The position numbers and the translations under genes are program-made. A stretch of DNA of 64,000 bases from Naegleria gruberi. Taxonomy: Eukaryota. This document shows positions 12,001 to 24,000 of the stretch, one piece after another. The notes beneath the pieces are model-generated. The model was not told where the DNA came from. It ran no database searches and was given only the letters and a program-made list of their open reading frames with translations. The stretch's first letter is position 1; every line of letters starts with the position of its first letter. The stretch lies in NCBI GenBank assembly GCA_000004985.1, contig GG738887.1. One strand, given 5' to 3'.

Positions 12001-15000
12001 NNNNNNNNNNNNNNNNNNNNNNNNNNNNNNNNNNNNNNNNNNNNNNNNNNNNNNNNNNNNNNNNNNNNNNNNNNNNNNNNNNNNNNNNNNNNNNNNNNNN
12101 NNNNNNNNNNNNNNNNNNNNNNNNNNNNNNNNNNNNNNNNNNNNNNNNNNNNNNNNNNNNNNNNNNNNNNNNNNNNNNNNNNNNNNNNNNNNNNNNNNNN
12201 NNNNNNNNNNNNNNNNNNNNNNNNNNNNNNNNNNNNNNNNNNNNNNNNNNNNNNNNNNNNNNNNNNNNNNNNNNNNNNNNNNNNNNNNNNNNNNNNNNNN
12301 NNNNNNNNNNNNNNNNNNNNNNNNNNNNNNNNNNNNNNNNNNNNNNNNNNNNNNNNNNNNNNNNNNNNNNNNNNNNNNNNNNNNNNNNNNNNNNNNNNNN
12401 NNNNNNNNNNNNNNNNNNNNNNNNNNNNNNNNNNNNNNNNNNNNNNNNNNNNNNNNNNNNNNNNNNNNNNNNNNNNNNNNNNNNNNNNNNNNNNNNNNNN
12501 NNNNNNNNNNNNNNNNNNNNNNNNNNNNNNNNNNNNNNNNNNNNNNNNNNNNNNNNNNNNNNNNNNNNNNNNNNNNNNNNNNNNNNNNNNNNNNNNNNNN
12601 NNNNNNNNNNNNNNNNNNNNNNNNNNNNNNNNNNNNNNNNNNNNNNNNNNNNNNNNNNNNNNNNNNNNNNNNNNNNNNNNNNNNNNNNNNNNNNNNNNNN
12701 NNNNNNNNNNNNNNNNNNNNNNNNNNNNNNNNNNNNNNNNNNNNNNNNNNNNNNNNNNNNNNNNNNNNNNNNNNNNNNNNNNNNNNNNNNNNNNNNNNNN
12801 NNNNNNNNNNNNNNNNNNNNNNNNNNNNNNNNNNNNNNNNNNNNNNNNNNNNNNNNNNNNNNNNNNNNNNNNNNNNNNNNNNNNNNNNNNNNNNNNNNNN
12901 NNNNNNNNNNNNNNNNNNNNNNNNNNNNNNNNNNNNNNNNNNNNNNNNNNNNNNNNNNNNNNNNNNNNNNNNNNNNNNNNNNNNNNNNNNNNNNNNNNNN
13001 NNNNNNNNNNNNNNNNNNNNNNNNNNNNNNNNNNNNNNNNNNNNNNNNNNNNNNNNNNNNNNNNNNNNNNNNNNNNNNNNNNNNNNNNNNNNNNNNNNNN
13101 NNNNNNNNNNNNNNNNNNNNNNNNNNNNNNNNNNNNNNNNNNNNNNNNNNNNNNNNNNNNNNNNNNNNNNNNNNNNNNNNNNNNNNNNNNNNNNNNNNNN
13201 NNNNNNNNNNNNNNNNNNNNNNNNNNNNNNNNNNNNNNNNNNNNNNNNNNNNNNNNNNNNNNNNNNNNNNNNNNNNNNNNNNNNNNNNNNNNNNNNNNNN
13301 NNNNNNNNNNNNNNNNNNNNNNNNNNNNNNNNNNNNNNNNNNNNNNNNNNNNNNNNNNNNNNNNNNNNNNNNNNNNNNNNNNNNNNNNNNNNNNNNNNNN
13401 NNNNNNNNNNNNNNNNNNNNNNNNNNNNNNNNNNNNNNNNNNNNNNNNNNNNNNNNNNNNNNNNNNNNNNNNNNNNNNNNNNNNNNNNNNNNNNNNNNNN
13501 NNNNNNNNNNNNNNNNNNNNNNNNNNNNNNNNNNNNNNNNNNNNNNNNNNNNNNNNNNNNNNNNNNNNNNNNNNNNNNNNNNNNNNNNNNNNNNNNNNNN
13601 NNNNNNNNNNNNNNNNNNNNNNNNNNNNNNNNNNNNNNNNNNNNNNNNNNNNNNNNNNNNNNNNNNNNNNNNNNNNNNNNNNNNNNNNNNNNNNNNNNNN
13701 NNNNNNNNNNNNNNNNNNNNNNNNNNNNNNNNNNNNNNNNNNNNNNNNNNNNNNNNNNNNNNNNNNNNNNNNNNNNNNNNNNNNNNNNNNNNNNNNNNNN
13801 NNNNNNNNNNNNNNNNNNNNNNNNNNNNNNNNNNNNNNNNNNNNNNNNNNNNNNNNNNNNNNNNNNNNNNNNNNNNNNNNNNNNNNNNNNNNNNNNNNNN
13901 NNNNNNNNNNNNNNNNNNNNNNNNNNNNNNNNNNNNNNNNNNNNNNNNNNNNNNNNNNNNNNNNNNNNNNNNNNNNNNNNNNNNNNNNNNNNNNNNNNNN
14001 NNNNNNNNNNNNNNNNNNNNNNNNNNNNNNNNNNNNNNNNNNNNNNNNNNNNNNNNNNNNNNNNNNNNNNNNNNNNNNNNNNNNNNNNNNNNNNNNNNNN
14101 NNNNNNNNNNNNNNNNNNNNNNNNNNNNNNNNNNNNNNNNNNNNNNNNNNNNNNNNNNNNNNNNNNNNNNNNNNNNNNNNNNNNNNNNNNNNNNNNNNNN
14201 NNNNNNNNNNNNNNNNNNNNNNNNNNNNNNNNNNNNNNNNNNNNNNNNNNNNNNNNNNNNNNNNNNNNNNNNNNNNNNNNNNNNNNNNNNNNNNNNNNNN
14301 NNNNNNNNNNNNNNNNNNNNNNNNNNNNNNNNNNNNNNNNNNNNNNNNNNNNNNNNNNNNNNNNNNNNNNNNNNNNNNNNNNNNNNNNNNNNNNNNNNNN
14401 NNNNNNNNNNNNNNNNNNNNNNNNNNNNNNNNNNNNNNNNNNNNNNNNNNNNNNNNNNNNNNNNNNNNNNNNNNNNNNNNNNNNNNNNNNNNNNNNNNNN
14501 NNNNNNNNNNNNNNNNNNNNNNNNNNNNNNNNNNNNNNNNNNNNNNNNNNNNNNNNNNNNNNNNNNNNNNNNNNNNNNNNNNNNNNNNNNNNNNNNNNNN
14601 NNNNNNNNNNNNNNNNNNNNNNNNNNNNNNNNNNNNNNNNNNNNNNNNNNNNNNNNNNNNNNNNNNNNNNNNNNNNNNNNNNNNNNNNNNNNNNNNNNNN
14701 NNNNNNNNNNNNNNNNNNNNNNNNNNNNNNNNNNNNNNNNNNNNNNNNNNNNNNNNNNNNNNNNNNNNNNNNNNNNNNNNNNNNNNNNNNNNNNNNNNNN
14801 NNNNNNNNNNNNNNNNNNNNNNNNNNNNNNNNNNNNNNNNNNNNNNNNNNNNNNNNNNNNNNNNNNNNNNNNNNNNNNNNNNNNNNNNNNNNNNNNNNNN
14901 NNNNNNNNNNNNNNNNNNNNNNNNNNNNNNNNNNNNNNNNNNNNNNNNNNNNNNNNNNNNNNNNNNNNNNNNNNNNNNNNNNNNNNNNNNNNNNNNNNNN

Positions 15001-18000
15001 NNNNNNNNNNNNNNNNNNNNNNNNNNNNNNNNNNNNNNNNNNNNNNNNNNNNNNNNNNNNNNNNNNNNNNNNNNNNNNNNNNNNNNNNNNNNNNNNNNNN
15101 NNNNNNNNNNNNNNNNNNNNNNNNNNNNNNNNNNNNNNNNNNNNNNNNNNNNNNNNNNNNNNNNNNNNNNNNNNNNNNNNNNNNNNNNNNNNNNNNNNNN
15201 NNNNNNNNNNNNNNNNNNNNNNNNNNNNNNNNNNNNNNNNNNNNNNNNNNNNNNNNNNNNNNNNNNNNNNNNNNNNNNNNNNNNNNNNNNNNNNNNNNNN
15301 NNNNNNNNNNNNNNNNNNNNNNNNNNNNNNNNNNNNNNNNNNNNNNNNNNNNNNNNNNNNNNNNNNNNNNNNNNNNNNNNNNNNNNNNNNNNNNNNNNNN
15401 NNNNNNNNNNNNNNNNNNNNNNNNNNNNNNNNNNNNNNNNNNNNNNNNNNNNNNNNNNNNNNNNNNNNNNNNNNNNNNNNNNNNNNNNNNNNNNNNNNNN
15501 NNNNNNNNNNNNNNNNNNNNNNNNNNNNNNNNNNNNNNNNNNNNNNNNNNNNNNNNNNNNNNNNNNNNNNNNNNNNNNNNNNNNNNNNNNNNNNNNNNNN
15601 NNNNNNNNNNNNNNNNNNNNNNNNNNNNNNNNNNNNNNNNNNNNNNNNNNNNNNNNNNNNNNNNNNNNNNNNNNNNNNNNNNNNNNNNNNNNNNNNNNNN
15701 NNNNNNNNNNNNNNNNNNNNNNNNNNNNNNNNNNNNNNNNNNNNNNNNNNNNNNNNNNNNNNNNNNNNNNNNNNNNNNNNNNNNNNNNNNNNNNNNNNNN
15801 NNNNNNNNNNNNNNNNNNNNNNNNNNNNNNNNNNNNNNNNNNNNNNNNNNNNNNNNNNNNNNNNNNNNNNNNNNNNNNNNNNNNNNNNNNNNNNNNNNNN
15901 NNNNNNNNNNNNNNNNNNNNNNNNNNNNNNNNNNNNNNNNNNNNNNNNNNNNNNNNNNNNNNNNNNNNNNNNNNNNNNNNNNNNNNNNNNNNNNNNNNNN
16001 NNNNNNNNNNNNNNNNNNNNNNNNNNNNNNNNNNNNNNNNNNNNNNNNNNNNNNNNNNNNNNNNNNNNNNNNNNNNNNNNNNNNNNNNNNNNNNNNNNNN
16101 NNNNNNNNNNNNNNNNNNNNNNNNNNNNNNNNNNNNNNNNNNNNNNNNNNNNNNNNNNNNNNNNNNNNNNNNNNNNNNNNNNNNNNNNNNNNNNNNNNNN
16201 NNNNNNNNNNNNNNNNNNNNNNNNNNNNNNNNNNNNNNNNNNNNNNNNNNNNNNNNNNNNNNNNNNNNNNNNNNNNNNNNNNNNNNNNNNNNNNNNNNNN
16301 NNNNNNNNNNNNNNNNNNNNNNNNNNNNNNNNNNNNNNNNNNNNNNNNNNNNNNNNNNNNNNNNNNNNNNNNNNNNNNNNNNNNNNNNNNNNNNNNNNNN
16401 NNNNNNNNNNNNNNNNNNNNNNNNNNNNNNNNNNNNNNNNNNNNNNNNNNNNNNNNNNNNNNNNNNNNNNNNNNNNNNNNNNNNNNNNNNNNNNNNNNNN
16501 NNNNNNNNNNNNNNNNNNNNNNNNNNNNNNNNNNNNNNNNNNNNNNNNNNNNNNNNNNNNNNNNNNNNNNNNNNNNNNNNNNNNNNNNNNNNNNNNNNNN
16601 NNNNNNNNNNNNNNNNNNNNNNNNNNNNNNNNNNNNNNNNNNNNNNNNNNNNNNNNNNNNNNNNNNNNNNNNNNNNNNNNNNNNNNNNNNNNNNNNNNNN
16701 NNNNNNNNNNNNNNNNNNNNNNNNNNNNNNNNNNNNNNNNNNNNNNNNNNNNNNNNNNNNNNNNNNNNNNNNNNNNNNNNNNNNNNNNNNNNNNNNNNNN
16801 NNNNNNNNNNNNNNNNNNNNNNNNNNNNNNNNNNNNNNNNNNNNNNNNNNNNNNNNNNNNNNNNNNNNNNNNNNNNNNNNNNNNNNNNNNNNNNNNNNNN
16901 NNNNNNNNNNNNNNNNNNNNNNNNNNNNNNNNNNNNNNNNNNNNNNNNNNNNNNNNNNNNNNNNNNNNNNNNNNNNNNNNNNNNNNNNNNNNNNNNNNNN
17001 NNNNNNNNNNNNNNNNNNNNNNNNNNNNNNNNNNNNNNNNNNNNNNNNNNNNNNNNNNNNNNNNNNNNNNNNNNNNNNNNNNNNNNNNNNNNNNNNNNNN
17101 NNNNNNNNNNNNNNNNNNNNNNNNNNNNNNNNNNNNNNNNNNNNNNNNNNNNNNNNNNNNNNNNNNNNNNNNNNNNNNNNNNNNNNNNNNNNNNNNNNNN
17201 NNNNNNNNNNNNNNNNNNNNNNNNNNNNNNNNNNNNNNNNNNNNNNNNNNNNNNNNNNNNNNNNNNNNNNNNNNNNNNNNNNNNNNNNNNNNNNNNNNNN
17301 NNNNNNNNNNNNNNNNNNNNNNNNNNNNNNNNNNNNNNNNNNNNNNNNNNNNNNNNNNNNNNNNNNNNNNNNNNNNNNNNNNNNNNNNNNNNNNNNNNNN
17401 NNNNNNNNNNNNNNNNNNNNNNNNNNNNNNNNNNNNNNNNNNNNNNNNNNNNNNNNNNNNNNNNNNNNNNNNNNNNNNNNNNNNNNNNNNNNNNNNNNNN
17501 NNNNNNNNNNNNNNNNNNNNNNNNNNNNNNNNNNNNNNNNNNNNNNNNNNNNNNNNNNNNNNNNNNNNNNNNNNNNNNNNNNNNNNNNNNNNNNNNNNNN
17601 NNNNNNNNNNNNNNNNNNNNNNNNNNNNNNNNNNNNNNNNNNNNNNNNNNNNNNNNNNNNNNNNNNNNNNNNNNNNNNNNNNNNNNNNNNNNNNNNNNNN
17701 NNNNNNNNNNNNNNNNNNNNNNNNNNNNNNNNNNNNNNNNNNNNNNNNNNNNNNNNNNNNNNNNNNNNNNNNNNNNNNNNNNNNNNNNNNNNNNNNNNNN
17801 NNNNNNNNNNNNNNNNNNNNNNNNNNNNNNNNNNNNNNNNNNNNNNNNNNNNNNNNNNNNNNNNNNNNNNNNNNNNNNNNNNNNNNNNNNNNNNNNNNNN
17901 NNNNNNNNNNNNNNNNNNNNNNNNNNNNNNNNNNNNNNNNNNNNNNNNNNNNNNNNNNNNNNNNNNNNNNNNNNNNNNNNNNNNNNNNNNNNNNNNNNNN

Positions 18001-21000
18001 NNNNNNNNNNNNNNNNNNNNNNNNNNNNNNNNNNNNNNNNNNNNNNNNNNNNNNNNNNNNNNNNNNNNNNNNNNNNNNNNNNNNNNNNNNNNNNNNNNNN
18101 NNNNNNNNNNNNNNNNNNNNNNNNNNNNNNNNNNNNNNNNNNNNNNNNNNNNNNNNNNNNNNNNNNNNNNNNNNNNNNNNNNNNNNNNNNNNNNNNNNNN
18201 NNNNNNNNNNNNNNNNNNNNNNNNNNNNNNNNNNNNNNNNNNNNNNNNNNNNNNNNNNNNNNNNNNNNNNNNNNNNNNNNNNNNNNNNNNNNNNNNNNNN
18301 NNNNNNNNNNNNNNNNNNNNNNNNNNNNNNNNNNNNNNNNNNNNNNNNNNNNNNNNNNNNNNNNNNNNNNNNNNNNNNNNNNNNNNNNNNNNNNNNNNNN
18401 NNNNNNNNNNNNNNNNNNNNNNNNNNNNNNNNNNNNNNNNNNNNNNNNNNNNNNNNNNNNNNNNNNNNNNNNNNNNNNNNNNNNNNNNNNNNNNNNNNNN
18501 NNNNNNNNNNNNNNNNNNNNNNNNNNNNNNNNNNNNNNNNNNNNNNNNNNNNNNNNNNNNNNNNNNNNNNNNNNNNNNNNNNNNNNNNNNNNNNNNNNNN
18601 NNNNNNNNNNNNNNNNNNNNNNNNNNNNNNNNNNNNNNNNNNNNNNNNNNNNNNNNNNNNNNNNNNNNNNNNNNNNNNNNNNNNNNNNNNNNNNNNNNNN
18701 NNNNNNNNNNNNNNNNNNNNNNNNNNNNNNNNNNNNNNNNNNNNNNNNNNNNNNNNNNNNNNNNNNNNNNNNNNNNNNNNNNNNNNNNNNNNNNNNNNNN
18801 NNNNNNNNNNNNNNNNNNNNNNNNNNNNNNNNNNNNNNNNNNNNNNNNNNNNNNNNNNNNNNNNNNNNNNNNNNNNNNNNNNNNNNNNNNNNNNNNNNNN
18901 NNNNNNNNNNNNNNNNNNNNNNNNNNNNNNNNNNNNNNNNNNNNNNNNNNNNNNNNNNNNNNNNNNNNNNNNNNNNNNNNNNNNNNNNNNNNNNNNNNNN
19001 NNNNNNNNNNNNNNNNNNNNNNNNNNNNNNNNNNNNNNNNNNNNNNNNNNNNNNNNNNNNNNNNNNNNNNNNNNNNNNNNNNNNNNNNNNNNNNNNNNNN
19101 NNNNNNNNNNNNNNNNNNNNNNNNNNNNNNNNNNNNNNNNNNNNNNNNNNNNNNNNNNNNNNNNNNNNNNNNNNNNNNNNNNNNNNNNNNNNNNNNNNNN
19201 NNNNNNNNNNNNNNNNNNNNNNNNNNNNNNNNNNNNNNNNNNNNNNNNNNNNNNNNNNNNNNNNNNNNNNNNNNNNNNNNNNNNNNNNNNNNNNNNNNNN
19301 NNNNNNNNNNNNNNNNNNNNNNNNNNNNNNNNNNNNNNNNNNNNNNNNNNNNNNNNNNNNNNNNNNNNNNNNNNNNNNNNNNNNNNNNNNNNNNNNNNNN
19401 NNNNNNNNNNNNNNNNNNNNNNNNNNNNNNNNNNNNNNNNNNNNNNNNNNNNNNNNNNNNNNNNNNNNNNNNNNNNNNNNNNNNNNNNNNNNNNNNNNNN
19501 NNNNNNNNNNNNNNNNNNNNNNNNNNNNNNNNNNNNNNNNNNNNNNNNNNNNNNNNNNNNNNNNNNNNNNNNNNNNNNNNNNNNNNNNNNNNNNNNNNNN
19601 NNNNNNNNNNNNNNNNNNNNNNNNNNNNNNNNNNNNNNNNNNNNNNNNNNNNNNNNNNNNNNNNNNNNNNNNNNNNNNNNNNNNNNNNNNNNNNNNNNNN
19701 NNNNNNNNNNNNNNNNNNNNNNNNNNNNNNNNNNNNNNNNNNNNNNNNNNNNNNNNNNNNNNNNNNNNNNNNNNNNNNNNNNNNNNNNNNNNNNNNNNNN
19801 NNNNNNNNNNNNNNNNNNNNNNNNNNNNNNNNNNNNNNNNNNNNNNNNNNNNNNNNNNNNNNNNNNNNNNNNNNNNNNNNNNNNNNNNNNNNNNNNNNNN
19901 NNNNNNNNNNNNNNNNNNNNNNNNNNNNNNNNNNNNNNNNNNNNNNNNNNNNNNNNNNNNNNNNNNNNNNNNNNNNNNNNNNNNNNNNNNNNNNNNNNNN
20001 NNNNNNNNNNNNNNNNNNNNNNNNNNNNNNNNNNNNNNNNNNNNNNNNNNNNNNNNNNNNNNNNNNNNNNNNNNNNNNNNNNNNNNNNNNNNNNNNNNNN
20101 NNNNNNNNNNNNNNNNNNNNNNNNNNNNNNNNNNNNNNNNNNNNNNNNNNNNNNNNNNNNNNNNNNNNNNNNNNNNNNNNNNNNNNNNNNNNNNNNNNNN
20201 NNNNNNNNNNNNNNNNNNNNNNNNNNNNNNNNNNNNNNNNNNNNNNNNNNNNNNNNNNNNNNNNNNNNNNNNNNNNNNNNNNNNNNNNNNNNNNNNNNNN
20301 NNNNNNNNNNNNNNNNNNNNNNNNNNNNNNNNNNNNNNNNNNNNNNNNNNNNNNNNNNNNNNNNNNNNNNNNNNNNNNNNNNNNNNNNNNNNNNNNNNNN
20401 NNNNNNNNNNNNNNNNNNNNNNNNNNNNNNNNNNNNNNNNNNNNNNNNNNNNNNNNNNNNNNNNNNNNNNNNNNNNNNNNNNNNNNNNNNNNNNNNNNNN
20501 NNNNNNNNNNNNNNNNNNNNNNNNNNNNNNNNNNNNNNNNNNNNNNNNNNNNNNNNNNNNNNNNNNNNNNNNNNNNNNNNNNNNNNNNNNNNNNNNNNNN
20601 NNNNNNNNNNNNNNNNNNNNNNNNNNNNNNNNNNNNNNNNNNNNNNNNNNNNNNNNNNNNNNNNNNNNNNNNNNNNNNNNNNNNNNNNNNNNNNNNNNNN
20701 NNNNNNNNNNNNNNNNNNNNNNNNNNNNNNNNNNNNNNNNNNNNNNNNNNNNNNNNNNNNNNNNNNNNNNNNNNNNNNNNNNNNNNNNNNNNNNNNNNNN
20801 NNNNNNNNNNNNNNNNNNNNNNNNNNNNNNNNNNNNNNNNNNNNNNNNNNNNNNNNNNNNNNNNNNNNNNNNNNNNNNNNNNNNNNNNNNNNNNNNNNNN
20901 NNNNNNNNNNNNNNNNNNNNNNNNNNNNNNNNNNNNNNNNNNNNNNNNNNNNNNNNNNNNNNNNNNNNNNNNNNNNNNNNNNNNNNNNNNNNNNNNNNNN

Positions 21001-24000
21001 NNNNNNNNNNNNNNNNNNNNNNNNNNNNNNNNNNNNNNNNNNNNNNNNNNNNNNNNNNNNNNNNNNNNNNNNNNNNNNNNNNNNNNNNNNNNNNNNNNNN
21101 NNNNNNNNNNNNNNNNNNNNNNNNNNNNNNNNNNNNNNNNNNNNNNNNNNNNNNNNNNNNNNNNNNNNNNNNNNNNNNNNNNNNNNNNNNNNNNNNNNNN
21201 NNNNNNNNNNNNNNNNNNNNNNNNNNNNNNNNNNNNNNNNNNNNNNNNNNNNNNNNNNNNNNNNNNNNNNNNNNNNNNNNNNNNNNNNNNNNNNNNNNNN
21301 NNNNNNNNNNNNNNNNNNNNNNNNNNNNNNNNNNNNNNNNNNNNNNNNNNNNNNNNNNNNNNNNNNNNNNNNNNNNNNNNNNNNNNNNNNNNNNNNNNNN
21401 NNNNNNNNNNNNNNNNNNNNNNNNNNNNNNNNNNNNNNNNNNNNNNNNNNNNNNNNNNNNNNNNNNNNNNNNNNNNNNNNNNNNNNNNNNNNNNNNNNNN
21501 NNNNNNNNNNNNNNNNNNNNNNNNNNNNNNNNNNNNNNNNNNNNNNNNNNNNNNNNNNNNNNNNNNNNNNNNNNNNNNNNNNNNNNNNNNNNNNNNNNNN
21601 NNNNNNNNNNNNNNNNNNNNNNNNNNNNNNNNNNNNNNNNNNNNNNNNNNNNNNNNNNNNNNNNNNNNNNNNNNNNNNNNNNNNNNNNNNNNNNNNNNNN
21701 NNNNNNNNNNNNNNNNNNNNNNNNNNNNNNNNNNNNNNNNNNNNNNNNNNNNNNNNNNNNNNNNNNNNNNNNNNNNNNNNNNNNNNNNNNNNNNNNNNNN
21801 NNNNNNNNNNNNNNNNNNNNNNNNNNNNNNNNNNNNNNNNNNNNNNNNNNNNNNNNNNNNNNNNNNNNNNNNNNNNNNNNNNNNNNNNNNNNNNNNNNNN
21901 NNNNNNNNNNNNNNNNNNNNNNNNNNNNNNNNNNNNNNNNNNNNNNNNNNNNNNNNNNNNNNNNNNNNNNNNNNNNNNNNNNNNNNNNNNNNNNNNNNNN
22001 NNNNNNNNNNNNNNNNNNNNNNNNNNNNNNNNNNNNNNNNNNNNNNNNNNNNNNNNNNNNNNNNNNNNNNNNNNNNNNNNNNNNNNNNNNNNNNNNNNNN
22101 NNNNNNNNNNNNNNNNNNNNNNNNNNNNNNNNNNNNNNNNNNNNNNNNNNNNNNNNNNNNNNNNNNNNNNNNNNNNNNNNNNNNNNNNNNNNNNNNNNNN
22201 NNNNNNNNNNNNNNNNNNNNNNNNNNNNNNNNNNNNNNNNNNNNNNNNNNNNNNNNNNNNNNNNNNNNNNNNNNNNNNNNNNNNNNNNNNNNNNNNNNNN
22301 NNNNNNNNNNNNNNNNNNNNNNNNNNNNNNNNNNNNNNNNNNNNNNNNNNNNNNNNNNNNNNNNNNNNNNNNNNNNNNNNNNNNNNNNNNNNNNNNNNNN
22401 NNNNNNNNNNNNNNNNNNNNNNNNNNNNNNNNNNNNNNNNNNNNNNNNNNNNNNNNNNNNNNNNNNNNNNNNNNNNNNNNNNNNNNNNNNNNNNNNNNNN
22501 NNNNNNNNNNNNNNNNNNNNNNNNNNNNNNNNNNNNNNNNNNNNNNNNNNNNNNNNNNNNNNNNNNNNNNNNNNNNNNNNNNNNNNNNNNNNNNNNNNNN
22601 NNNNNNNNNNNNNNNNNNNNNNNNNNNNNNNNNNNNNNNNNNNNNNNNNNNNNNNNNNNNNNNNNNNNNNNNNNNNNNNNNNNNNNNNNNNNNNNNNNNN
22701 NNNNNNNNNNNNNNNNNNNNNNNNNNNNNNNNNNNNNNNNNNNNNNNNNNNNNNNNNNNNNNNNNNNNNNNNNNNNNNNNNNNNNNNNNNNNNNNNNNNN
22801 NNNNNNNNNNNNNNNNNNNNNNNNNNNNNNNNNNNNNNNNNNNNNNNNNNNNNNNNNNNNNNNNNNNNNNNNNNNNNNNNNNNNNNNNNNNNNNNNNNNN
22901 NNNNNNNNNNNNNNNNNNNNNNNNNNNNNNNNNNNNNNNNNNNNNNNNNNNNNNNNNNNNNNNNNNNNNNNNNNNNNNNNNNNNNNNNNNNNNNNNNNNN
23001 NNNNNNNNNNNNNNNNNNNNNNNNNNNNNNNNNNNNNNNNNNNNNNNNNNNNNNNNNNNNNNNNNNNNNNNNNNNNNNNNNNNNNNNNNNNNNNNNNNNN
23101 NNNNNNNNNNNNNNNNNNNNNNNNNNNNNNNNNNNNNNNNNNNNNNNNNNNNNNNNNNNNNNNNNNNNNNNNNNNNNNNNNNNNNNNNNNNNNNNNNNNN
23201 NNNNNNNNNNNNNNNNNNNNNNNNNNNNNNNNNNNNNNNNNNNNNNNNNNNNNNNNNNNNNNNNNNNNNNNNNNNNNNNNNNNNNNNNNNNNNNNNNNNN
23301 NNNNNNNNNNNNNNNNNNNNNNNNNNNNNNNNNNNNNNNNNNNNNNNNNNNNNNNNNNNNNNNNNNNNNNNNNNNNNNNNNNNNNNNNNNNNNNNNNNNN
23401 NNNNNNNNNNNNNNNNNNNNNNNNNNNNNNNNNNNNNNNNNNNNNNNNNNNNNNNNNNNNNNNNNNNNNNNNNNNNNNNNNNNNNNNNNNNNNNNNNNNN
23501 NNNNNNNNNNNNNNNNNNNNNNNNNNNNNNNNNNNNNNNNNNNNNNNNNNNNNNNNNNNNNNNNNNNNNNNNNNNNNNNNNNNNNNNNNNNNNNNNNNNN
23601 NNNNNNNNNNNNNNNNNNNNNNNNNNNNNNNNNNNNNNNNNNNNNNNNNNNNNNNNNNNNNNNNNNNNNNNNNNNNNNNNNNNNNNNNNNNNNNNNNNNN
23701 NNNNNNNNNNNNNNNNNNNNNNNNNNNNNNNNNNNNNNNNNNNNNNNNNNNNNNNNNNNNNNNNNNNNNNNNNNNNNNNNNNNNNNNNNNNNNNNNNNNN
23801 NNNNNNNNNNNNNNNNNNNNNNNNNNNNNNNNNNNNNNNNNNNNNNNNNNNNNNNNNNNNNNNNNNNNNNNNNNNNNNNNNNNNNNNNNNNNNNNNNNNN
23901 NNNNNNNNNNNNNNNNNNNNNNNNNNNNNNNNNNNNNNNNNNNNNNNNNNNNNNNNNNNNNNNNNNNNNNNNNNNNNNNNNNNNNNNNNNNNNNNNNNNN